A DNA stretch of 10,975 nucleotides, taken from assembly GCA_011364975.1 (NCBI GenBank), contig RDOE01000096.1:1-10975 (forward strand), in the 5' to 3' direction. Made by a program: the position numbers and the translations under genes. The DNA is from Promethearchaeota archaeon (lineage in GTDB: Archaea; Asgardarchaeota; Lokiarchaeia; Sigyniarchaeales; SOKP01). The notes under the pieces are model-generated. The model ran no database searches and was not told the DNA's origin. It was given only the letters and a program-made list of their open reading frames with translations. This document shows positions 1 to 7,464 of this stretch, one piece after another. Each line of letters starts with the position of its first letter. Positions within the stretch are counted from its first letter, which is position 1.

Positions 1-219
1 TACTTTTTGTTACCGATTGAAAAGCTAATCGCAATCCCAATATTATCTATCTTTTTCACTCTTTCATTCACTATTCCAATTTCTACGATTTTAAACTATT
101 TCATTTTTATTTATGGTTTGAATCCTAATAATATTGTTAATCCAATTATGACTGCTGTTGGTGATTTTGCCATGGTCATCTGTTTTTATTTAACCTTATT
201 AATCCTAGGGGTGCCATAA
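1..219 (+). CDS. MgtE-family integral membrane domain protein (divalent cation transporter), 5'-truncated by window edge
   Basis: Frame 1 is open from base 1 (YFLLPIEK...) to TAA at 217-219. Hydrophobic helices end in GLNPNNIVNPIMTAVGDF, matching the MgtE G-x-(D/N)-P-x-N...P-x-x-T-x-x-x-D motif. Confidence 0.8.
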   Translation, partial: YFLLPIEKLIAIPILSIFFTLSFTIPISTILNYFIFIYGLNPNNIVNPIMTAVGDFAMVICFYLTLLILGVP

Positions 220-771
220 ATGGAATATTTTAAAAGAATCATAACTGAATCAATTATTATAGTTATAATTTCATCAACGATTGGTATTTTTACTGGATCT
301 GTTTTAACAATTAATTTAGAAATATTATATGGATTCCCAATTATTACTATAATTTTACCTGCATTAAATTCATTAACGGGAGACATCTCCACCGTTCTAA
401 TATCACGACTTACTACACATTTATATATCGGTATAATTCCTCCAAAGGTTCAAAAGTCACATAGGTTAATACAAGATTTTATTGGATTATTTGGAACTAT
501 TTTATTAAGTTTAGTAGCATTGATTCTTTTAGGATATGGCTTTGTTCTAATTCTTGGAGTAGCTATTATAAACCCCTTATTAATTATTCTTTCAATTTCT
601 TTAACTGTATTTTTACTTTTTATTGTTATGTTTATTACTTTATTTATTAGTGCAATTATTCTTTTCAAAAAAGGAAAAGATCCTAATAACTTTTTAATTC
701 CCTTTACCACTTCATTAGCTGATTTTTTAACCCCGCTATTGTTAATGATTTTTATCCAAATATTTATATAA
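220..771 (+). CDS. MgtE-family integral membrane domain protein (archaeal-type, no CBS domains)
   Basis: 183 aa with about 5 TM segments. PALNSLTGDISTVLISRLTTHLYIG and GKDPNNFLIPFTTSLADF match the two MgtE membrane-domain motifs. Confidence 0.85.
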   Translation: MEYFKRIITESIIIVIISSTIGIFTGSVLTINLEILYGFPIITIILPALNSLTGDISTVLISRLTTHLYIGIIPPKVQKSHRLIQDFIGLFGTILLSLVALILLGYGFVLILGVAIINPLLIILSISLTVFLLFIVMFITLFISAIILFKKGKDPNNFLIPFTTSLADFLTPLLLMIFIQIFI

Positions 772-807
772 CATTAAATTATCTGAAAATTGAGAGATAA
801 AGAAAAA

Positions 808-2052
808 ATGTCGACAAAGAAAAAGAAGTTTGAGTATCAAGCTATTTCTTTAAAAGATATTCTACGAGAAATGAAAAAGAATATCGATTTAATGATCGAT
901 TTAGCATATAGTGCTATTAAGTTTGGAAGTAAAGATTTTGCCGATGAAACAAGTAAAATTGAGCGGCGTATCCATGAGTTAACCTTTTTATTGAATTTAC
1001 AAATTATTCAAGCCCAAGCAGGGGGTTTTAAGGAAGCAAAAAGATTAGAGCCAATTGTTGTAATGGGATATTCCATAGATAAGATATCAGATGCTTTAGC
1101 AGATATAGCTCGTGTTATTTACATTAATAGCGATATTACCGAATTTACTCAGTTATTTTGGGATTATGTCCCAGAACCAATAATTAAAATTACCATAAAC
1201 CGCGATTGTGAATTTATAGGATTTCCAAGAAAAGAAATCCATTTTCGTTCTAAGCATGGTGTTGATTTGATCGCTATTGTTAAAGGTGATAAGGTATTAT
1301 TTGAAAAGAGTCATATAATGCAAGAAGGAGATGTATTAATTGTTAAGGGTTCAAAAGAAGCTATAAATGAACTTAAAAATAAATGTTTGGATAAGGAACC
1401 AATCTCCTTTGATTTAGAACCTGAGGAAAGAGAATCTATATTTGATCTTGAGAACGAGGATATAAAAGAATATTTAGAAGATTTAAAGAAAACTTATGTA
1501 CAAATAACTGACATTTCTGAAACGATGACTGAATTAGCTTTGGCAGCTTTATTTTTTAATAATTATGAACTTGCTGAGGATATTTTAGAGATGGAAGAAC
1601 TTATGGATGGGTTGAACATTGGCTTTGAAAAAGATCTTTTAGATTTTGCAAAAATAATTGAATCTCCCAGAAGTCTTACTGGTATAATGCGAATTATATT
1701 TTCATGTGAATTAATAGCTGACGCTGCAGCTAATATCGCTGAAAACGTATTACGTGGATTTAAAGTTCATAATGTCTTGCAGCAAGCCATAAGTGAAACT
1801 TCAGAAGTTGTTGTTCGTGAAACAATATCTGGAGATTCTTACTTTAAAGGTAAAACTTATGAACAGCTGCAGGATCGCAGATACAAAAGAGGGTTTAATA
1901 TTATTGCATTGAAACGTGATAAAAAATGGATTTATAGTTTCAAGCATAACTTTGTCTTTGCTGTCGGAGATTTAATAATCGGATTAGGGCCTAAAGAGAC
2001 ATTAAACCAATGGAGAAAATGTGTGCATCCAGAAATATTTGAAGAGGAATAA
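808..2052 (+). CDS. Tandem PhoU-like + TrkA-C (RCK_C) domain protein, (PhoU-TrkA_C)x2; putative regulator of the MgtE-type transporter
   Basis: Internal repeat LKDILREMKKNIDLMIDLAYSAIKF / LKKTYVQITDISETMTELALAALFF and IDKISDALADIA / CELIADAAANIA (PhoU helices). Each is followed by TrkA-C-like GVDLIAIVKG...GDVLIVKG / GFNIIALKR...GDLIIGLG. ATG 808 preferred over TTG 790. Confidence 0.85.
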   Translation: MSTKKKKFEYQAISLKDILREMKKNIDLMIDLAYSAIKFGSKDFADETSKIERRIHELTFLLNLQIIQAQAGGFKEAKRLEPIVVMGYSIDKISDALADIARVIYINSDITEFTQLFWDYVPEPIIKITINRDCEFIGFPRKEIHFRSKHGVDLIAIVKGDKVLFEKSHIMQEGDVLIVKGSKEAINELKNKCLDKEPISFDLEPEERESIFDLENEDIKEYLEDLKKTYVQITDISETMTELALAALFFNNYELAEDILEMEELMDGLNIGFEKDLLDFAKIIESPRSLTGIMRIIFSCELIADAAANIAENVLRGFKVHNVLQQAISETSEVVVRETISGDSYFKGKTYEQLQDRRYKRGFNIIALKRDKKWIYSFKHNFVFAVGDLIIGLGPKETLNQWRKCVHPEIFEEE

Positions 2053-2060
2053 TCGTTTAA

Positions 2061-2067
2061 GGGTGAT
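2061..2067 (+). promoter_or_regulatory. Shine-Dalgarno site (GGGTGAT) for the SIS gene
   Basis: GGTGAT ends 8 nt upstream of ATG 2076. Confidence 0.6.
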
Positions 2068-2075
2068 TAAAAACT

Positions 2076-2657
2076 ATGGATGATCTATCAGAATACTTTA
2101 ATAAAACTCTAACCGAAATCGCAAATCAGATTCTTAAGATTTCTAAAATTATCAACTGGAATGATATCTCAACTTTAATTGACCTCATTCTTAATACTAA
2201 AGACAATGGAAAAATTATATTTGTTTATGGTGCAGGAAGATCTGGATTTATAGGAAGGTGTTTTGCGCAGCGGTTAATGCATCTAGATATAAAATCATGC
2301 TTTATATCTGATACAATTACTTACCGTTATACAAAGGATGATCTGCTGATCATAATAAGCGGAAGTGGAGAAACAGTTTCACCCGTTGCTATATCTAAAA
2401 AAGCTAAAGATATAGGGGGAAAACTCGGATTACTTACTAATAATCCTAAAAGTTCTATTGGAAAACTTGCGGATATCATCATTAAGGTTGAAGCTAAAAG
2501 TAAAGATAAGGCAATTGATTTAAATTCTCTAGCTCCATATACAAGTTTGTTCGATATAACGGTTTTATCGATTTTAGACTCTATTGGTGCAGTATTAATG
2601 AAAAAACTTGGAGTTACAGAAAAAGATATTGATAATTATCACGCTTCTTTAGAATAG
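2076..2657 (+). CDS. hxlB: 6-phospho-3-hexuloisomerase-like SIS-domain protein
   Basis: IFVYGAGRSGFIGRCFAQRLMHL, IIISGSGETVS, LLTNNPKSSIGKLAD and C-terminal HASLE (typically HANLE) are PHI signatures. Confidence 0.85.
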   Translation: MDDLSEYFNKTLTEIANQILKISKIINWNDISTLIDLILNTKDNGKIIFVYGAGRSGFIGRCFAQRLMHLDIKSCFISDTITYRYTKDDLLIIISGSGETVSPVAISKKAKDIGGKLGLLTNNPKSSIGKLADIIIKVEAKSKDKAIDLNSLAPYTSLFDITVLSILDSIGAVLMKKLGVTEKDIDNYHASLE

Positions 2658-2716
2658 GATCATAAGAAAAAATAAATTATTATATTTTAGAAAAAATTAT
2701 GATTACTAGAAGAACT

Positions 2717-2923
2717 ATGTTTCCAAGAAAAACATTAGAAGATTTAAAAGGAAAGGAACTAGAAATTTTCATAAAGGATTTACCAGCTCCTTATTGCATT
2801 CAAATTGGTATCATCAAATTTGTAACTGAACATGTTGTCATCTTAGAAGATACTGAATTCTTAGATAGGGTTATTACTTTACCAATTGAAAATATCTTAA
2901 TGGTAAAAGAAATTAAAGATTAA
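2717..2923 (+). CDS. Small hypothetical protein, possible Sm/Hfq-like (SH3-type beta-barrel) fold
   Basis: 68 aa from ATG 2717 (74 aa from ATG 2699). Pattern of helix (TLEDLKGK), then strands ELEIFI, QIGIIKFV, HVVILED, VITLP, ILMVKE. Confidence 0.6.
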   Translation: MFPRKTLEDLKGKELEIFIKDLPAPYCIQIGIIKFVTEHVVILEDTEFLDRVITLPIENILMVKEIKD

Positions 2924-3101
2924 TTAATAAATATTTTATCGTATTTTTTATTTTATACCTAAGTTAATTTTAATCAAAATTAGTTACACTTTTAAAAATA
3001 GATTATTCTAGTATCAGTAATTACGATAAATCTACATTTATTAATAAAATGAGTTTAAGATTCTAATTAAAATAACATTTTAACAGAAATAAGGTAGTAT
3101 T

Positions 3102-3500
3102 ATGCATGAATTCATTGAAGTAAAGCATATTTCTAAGAAAAAAGGAAGAGGTGCGTTTGCCAAAAAAAATATTAAAAAAGGAACAATTATAGATATAGCA
3201 AATGTAATTCTTCTTCCTAATAGTGATTATGAACAAATACAAGATACTATTTTGTATGAATATTGTTATGTGTGGGCAGATCCAAAACATATGCCCGAAT
3301 TCGAAAACGCAATAACGATGAGTATTAGTCAATTCATAAACCATTCATTTTCACCAAATGTAAAATATTTATATGATTATGATGAAAAAGCAATAGAATT
3401 TACAGCAATCAAGGATATTCTAAAAGGTGAAGAAATTACGATGAATTACAACGGCCTAGTTGATGATAAAACTCCTGTGTGGTTTGATGTTGTTGATTAA
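3102..3500 (+). CDS. SET-domain protein lysine methyltransferase (paralog 1)
   Basis: KGRGAFAKKNIKKG (motif I), QFINHSFSPN (NHS motif), AIKDILKGEEITMNY (EEL/IxxxY motif). 132 aa. Confidence 0.93.
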   Translation: MHEFIEVKHISKKKGRGAFAKKNIKKGTIIDIANVILLPNSDYEQIQDTILYEYCYVWADPKHMPEFENAITMSISQFINHSFSPNVKYLYDYDEKAIEFTAIKDILKGEEITMNYNGLVDDKTPVWFDVVD

Positions 3501-3598
3501 TTTTATCTTCTATTCGTTTGAAAAGATTTATCTATTTCTTTTTTAAAATGGAAGACATTAAATATTATACTGCTTATATTATCTGAGGAGTGATCTTT

Positions 3599-3997
3599 TT
3601 GAATGATTCCGTGAAGGTAAAATTTATCTCTCCAACTAAAGGAAAGGGTTTATTTGCAAAAAATGATATTCCTAAAGGTAAAGTAATTGATAATGCTCAT
3701 GTTATTTTAATTCCTAATAAAGATTATAAATTACTTGATAAAACCATCATCTCAAATTATTGCTTTGTTTGGGAAAATCCCAAATACAAATCAGAATATG
3801 GAAATGCAGTTCCTATGAGTATATGCCAATATATGAATCATTCTTATTATCCTAATGTTCGATATGAGTATAATTATCGAAATGATACCATTAAATTTAT
3901 TGCTATAAGGAAAATTTTGAAAAATGAAGAATTAACTGTAAATTATAATGGTGAGATCAATGATAATAGCCCAGTGTGGTTTGAGGTTCTTGATTAA
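3599..3997 (+). CDS. SET-domain protein lysine methyltransferase (paralog 2)
   Basis: KGKGLFAKNDIPKG, QYMNHSYYPN, AIRKILKNEELTVNY. TTG 3599 is preferred as start because GGAGTGA (3587-3593) lies 5 nt upstream and it gives 132 aa, identical to paralog 1. The ORF track uses GTG 3590. Confidence 0.92.
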   Translation: MNDSVKVKFISPTKGKGLFAKNDIPKGKVIDNAHVILIPNKDYKLLDKTIISNYCFVWENPKYKSEYGNAVPMSICQYMNHSYYPNVRYEYNYRNDTIKFIAIRKILKNEELTVNYNGEINDNSPVWFEVLD

Positions 3998-4860
3998 GAT
4001 TTTATTAAAGATCTTAGAGTTGCCAAATTCATTATATCTTCTTTCATATCATTACCCTTAGGTGTTTCTAACACCCCTGGAAGTTCTAAAAAGCGGCTAT
4101 CATTTAGGAAAAAGCCAAAAGGTTCTTTCCCAATCTTTCCTTGACCAATATGTATATGTCTGTCCACTCGAGACCCTAATTCTTTCTCTGAGTCATTTAA
4201 ATGAAATGCGTAAAGATAATTTAATCCAATAAGTTTATCAAATTCATCCCACATTTCCTCATATTTCTCTTTTGTGGTAAAGTCATAGCCAGAAGCAAAA
4301 GCATGACAAGTGTCAAAACAAACTCCAATTCTTTTTTTATCTTCAATTCCATTAATTATGGTTTCTAAATGATGAAATTTTCGTCCAAGATTATGACCTT
4401 GCCCTGCAACGGTTTCTAAAAGAATTTTGACATTTGATTCTTTAGTATTGCTAAAAAGCTTATTAATTTGTTCAGTAATTCTTTTTAAACCTGACTTTTT
4501 GGTCTCATTCTCATCATCGTAATTAAAAGTCCCTGGATGTATGACCACAAAATCTAATTGTAGTTGATCTGCTTTTATCAGCTCATCCAGCATTGCTTCA
4601 TAGGATTTAGCTAACTTTTCTTTATCGGAAGTAGCTAAATTTATGAGGTAACTATTATGAGAGAAAATTGGCCATATTTCTTCTTTAAATTTTAAATTAT
4701 ACTCTAAAAAAGTATTAATTTCCTTTTGATCTAAAGGTTTCGAACTCCAACCTCGCACATTTCGAATAAACATTTGTATTGTTTCACACTCGATATTTTT
4801 TCCTCTCTCAATTGCTAAATGTTTTCCCTCACTTACACTCATATGAGCACCTAATCTCAT
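3994..4860 (-). CDS. nfo: Endonuclease IV (AP endonuclease)
   Basis: LGAHMS, HNSYLINLA, VVIHPG, LLETVAGQG, CFDTCHAFASGYD, FHLNDS, RVDRHIHIGQG, LETP. ATG 4860 follows SD GGTGAT (4865-4870). The stop overlaps the SET2 stop convergently (TTAA 3994-3997). Confidence 0.96.
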   Translation of the reverse strand: MRLGAHMSVSEGKHLAIERGKNIECETIQMFIRNVRGWSSKPLDQKEINTFLEYNLKFKEEIWPIFSHNSYLINLATSDKEKLAKSYEAMLDELIKADQLQLDFVVIHPGTFNYDDENETKKSGLKRITEQINKLFSNTKESNVKILLETVAGQGHNLGRKFHHLETIINGIEDKKRIGVCFDTCHAFASGYDFTTKEKYEEMWDEFDKLIGLNYLYAFHLNDSEKELGSRVDRHIHIGQGKIGKEPFGFFLNDSRFLELPGVLETPKGNDMKEDIMNLATLRSLIKS

Positions 4861-5196
4861 TCTTATCACCTTGCTCTTTCAAATTCTAGCTTTTTATAAT
4901 TAAAATCAAGTAAAAATAGTTATAAATTATTATAAATATTTGTTCAATAATTTCATATCTCTAATTAACTACGAATAATATCGTTTTTTAATAGTTTATA
5001 TTTAGGTTAATCAAATGGAGTGCAAAAAATATCCCGTCTAATTCATTTTGATATTATCTTTCATTTTTTATGTAGCTTTATTCTATTTATGTTATGATAA
5101 ATTGTTATGTTAGTTCCAATAATTCGTTTTTATTTCGAACTTCGAATATGGTCCCGATGCATGAACCATATAACGAATTATTTCTAGAATTATATT

Positions 5197-6195
5197 ATGT
5201 TAAGTCTAGAAAAACCAGGATTATTATCAACTCCAGCACTTCTTACATCACCCTATTCTTTGAAAGAAAGTTTTGGATGGGTTAAACGTTTTGTATTTGG
5301 TCTAAGTAAAAAAAATTATGGGAATGTTCAATATCTTCCTAAAACTTATCAAATAAATGAAATCAATCCTAAATACACAATCTCTTTTATAGGAGATATT
5401 ATGGATCTAAATTTTAAAGATTTAATCATTCACAAAAGTGTAGTAAATTTTGTGAGAAACTCTGATTTTCTTATTGGAAATTTTGAAGGCACTCTTAGCT
5501 CAAAGAAAAAGGTACTTATGAATAAGCAACATAAACCGCAAATAATGGATGCCCTCGAAACCTTATTACCCCCTAATAAAATATATTTATCTGTAGCAAA
5601 TAATCATAGTGGGGATTTTGGTAAAAAACAATTTTTTCACTCTATGCGACGATTAAAAAAGCAAGGATTTAATGTATTTGGCACCTTGAAAAATCCATTT
5701 ATTGATTTATCTGAAGATCTTAGAGTTATTGGGGCTACTCAATGGTCGAACCGACCATGCAGCTATTTAGTTAAATTAGATCATGCTATAAAATATCTTA
5801 AAAATAATTCATTTAACATATTCTTTCCACATTGGGGATATGAAATGGAATTATATCCACGTGAAGAGATCATAAAGCAAAGTGAAGCTTTTCTAAACAG
5901 TTTTGATTTATTAATCAGTCATCATTCTCATTGTCCCCAACCTATTTCCATATTTAAATATAACAACACTAGAAAGTTAGTTGCATATTCATTAGGTGAT
6001 TTTTGCTTTAGTATTGATAACAAAAAATTTGAAAGTTATAATTACGGAATAGCTATTAAAGCTCAAATAGGGCTCAATAAAGAGAAGAAATGGGTAATTG
6101 GAAAGGTTAAATGGACATTTCTCAAAAGTTCTGTTATTTCAAAAAGAGAATCAATAGTTAAAACCGCGAGCTATTTTTCAGATGTCTGCAATTAA
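5197..6195 (+). CDS. CapA (PGA_cap)-family metallophosphoesterase-fold protein
   Basis: FIGDIM, GNFEG, LSVANNHSGDFG, PHWGYE, SHHSHCPQP, AYSLGDF correspond to CapA motifs GD, NLE, ANNH, HWG.E, GHHPH, YSLGNF. Confidence 0.88.
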   Translation: MLSLEKPGLLSTPALLTSPYSLKESFGWVKRFVFGLSKKNYGNVQYLPKTYQINEINPKYTISFIGDIMDLNFKDLIIHKSVVNFVRNSDFLIGNFEGTLSSKKKVLMNKQHKPQIMDALETLLPPNKIYLSVANNHSGDFGKKQFFHSMRRLKKQGFNVFGTLKNPFIDLSEDLRVIGATQWSNRPCSYLVKLDHAIKYLKNNSFNIFFPHWGYEMELYPREEIIKQSEAFLNSFDLLISHHSHCPQPISIFKYNNTRKLVAYSLGDFCFSIDNKKFESYNYGIAIKAQIGLNKEKKWVIGKVKWTFLKSSVISKRESIVKTASYFSDVCN

Positions 6196-6203
6196 ATTAA
6201 AAA

Positions 6204-6216
6204 CTTTATTTTTTTA
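6204..6216 (+). terminator. Possible oligo-T (archaeal-type) terminator after the CapA gene
   Basis: ctttatttttttaa run just downstream of stop 6195, between convergent genes. The AT-rich background weakens this call. Confidence 0.3.
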
Positions 6217-6291
6217 ATATTGAATTTTATTGGTACATCATAATCATATATTGACTATAAATTAAGAAGAAGGTTTTTGATCTTAATTACT

Positions 6292-7464
6292 TTAAGCAAC
6301 TATTTCATATTCCATTGTACTAAGTATTTCTAGCAAATCTAATACTTCAAAATCCATATTATATTTCTTATTTGCATCGAACAAATTAGTTCGACAAAAT
6401 GGACAGATTGATGAAACTACAGACGCCCCTGTATCTTTAGCTTCTTCTAAACGCTCTCTTGAAATCTCTAAAGCCCACTCTGGATATCCTATCTTAACAC
6501 CACCACCAGCCCCACAACACCATGCATTTTCACGGTTTCGTTTCATCTCAACTAATTTAACCCCTGGAATTCTTCCATAAACTTTTCTTGGTATATCATA
6601 TAACTTCATGTGACGACCTAAATGACATGGATCATGATAAGTAATTGTTTTACTATACTCTGATTTGAATTTTAGTTTATTTTCATCCATTAACTTATTA
6701 ATTAATTCAACTGTATGATATACCTCAATTTTCATGTCATTTTCATATTTTAACCAATCTTTTTTAATCGTTTTGTAACATCCCGCACAACTGGTTATAA
6801 TTTTAGTCGCTCCAGCATTTTTTATTTTTGTTAAATTATAATTAATAAAATTATTAACCGGGTTAACTTGACCAGTTCTAATAATTGGAGAACAACAACA
6901 ATGTTCATCTACAAGAGTAAAATCTATATTTGCTCGTTTTAAAAAATTAATTGTAGCGTCTCGCAAATCCCTTTGCCGATAGTTAGATGTACAGCCAATA
7001 AAGTATACCCATTCTGCCTTATCTGGTAAATTATGTTCTTTTTTCAAATTTTCGTTATCTGAATTGATATCTCCATAAGGATTATTCATTTCTGGATTTT
7101 CAATTCTTTTTAATAAATTTAGTTGCTTTGGAGGAGTAAAACCAGCTTTAGTTGCTTCGACTCTCGCTAGTTCGATAAATTCTACAAGAAAATCCTTAAA
7201 TTTATCAAATCGACAATTTTCAATACAATTTCCGCAAGTTGGGCATGCATAAATCACATTTGCTACCCCTTGATTCCACGGGATTTCTCCACTGATTACA
7301 CCATATATTAACCACATTCTTCCTCCTGTGCTATAAGTCTCAAATTGATGTTTTTTATAAGAAGGGCAGTTGAAATCTGAAAATTCATACGTGAACTTGC
7401 AATAGCCACATCTGAAGCATCGATGTACAATATCTTTCCAGTCAGTCTCATTAATAGTGTTCAT
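6292..7464 (-). CDS. Fe-S oxidoreductase subunit, GlcF/HdrD-like (ferredoxin motifs + two CCG domains)
   Basis: CFRCGYC...CP, CPTCGNCIENC; YFIGC, HCCCSP...TSCAGC; YHDPCHLGR, WCCGAGGG, SICPFC. ATG 7464 overlaps the upstream TGA (ATGA) with SD GGAGGTGA at 7472-7479. Confidence 0.92.
   Translation of the reverse strand: MNTINETDWKDIVHRCFRCGYCKFTYEFSDFNCPSYKKHQFETYSTGGRMWLIYGVISGEIPWNQGVANVIYACPTCGNCIENCRFDKFKDFLVEFIELARVEATKAGFTPPKQLNLLKRIENPEMNNPYGDINSDNENLKKEHNLPDKAEWVYFIGCTSNYRQRDLRDATINFLKRANIDFTLVDEHCCCSPIIRTGQVNPVNNFINYNLTKIKNAGATKIITSCAGCYKTIKKDWLKYENDMKIEVYHTVELINKLMDENKLKFKSEYSKTITYHDPCHLGRHMKLYDIPRKVYGRIPGVKLVEMKRNRENAWCCGAGGGVKIGYPEWALEISRERLEEAKDTGASVVSSICPFCRTNLFDANKKYNMDFEVLDLLEILSTMEYEIVA

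Noticed and set aside
186-710. Minus-strand ORFs 186-392 and 450-710
   Set aside because: Antisense shadows of the MgtE genes with no motifs.
2935-3030. 9-bp inverted repeat tttatcgta / tacgataaa (possible MITE ends)
   Set aside because: Short and AT-rich, does not extend, no clear target-site duplication, single copy.
3063-3344. Minus-strand 93-aa ORF
   Set aside because: Antisense to SET1, which has clear motifs; composition is unnatural.
3102-4860. SET pair plus nfo as one chromatin/DNA-repair system
   Set aside because: The genes are convergent rather than co-transcribed, and nfo is a common housekeeping gene, so adjacency alone is not evidence.
5107-5196. 26-codon ORF in frame with capA, ending in TAG at 5185-5187 (possible pyrrolysine readthrough)
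   Set aside because: The extension is not signal-like or domain-like, the CapA domain is complete without it, and no pyl genes are in the window.
5094-5285. 63-aa plus-strand ORF
   Set aside because: Overlaps capA out of frame; no SD and no motif.
7461-7464. TGA at the end of the FAD oxidoreductase as possible selenocysteine
   Set aside because: It follows the normal C-terminal NPG motif and forms an ordinary ATGA overlap with the next gene in another frame.
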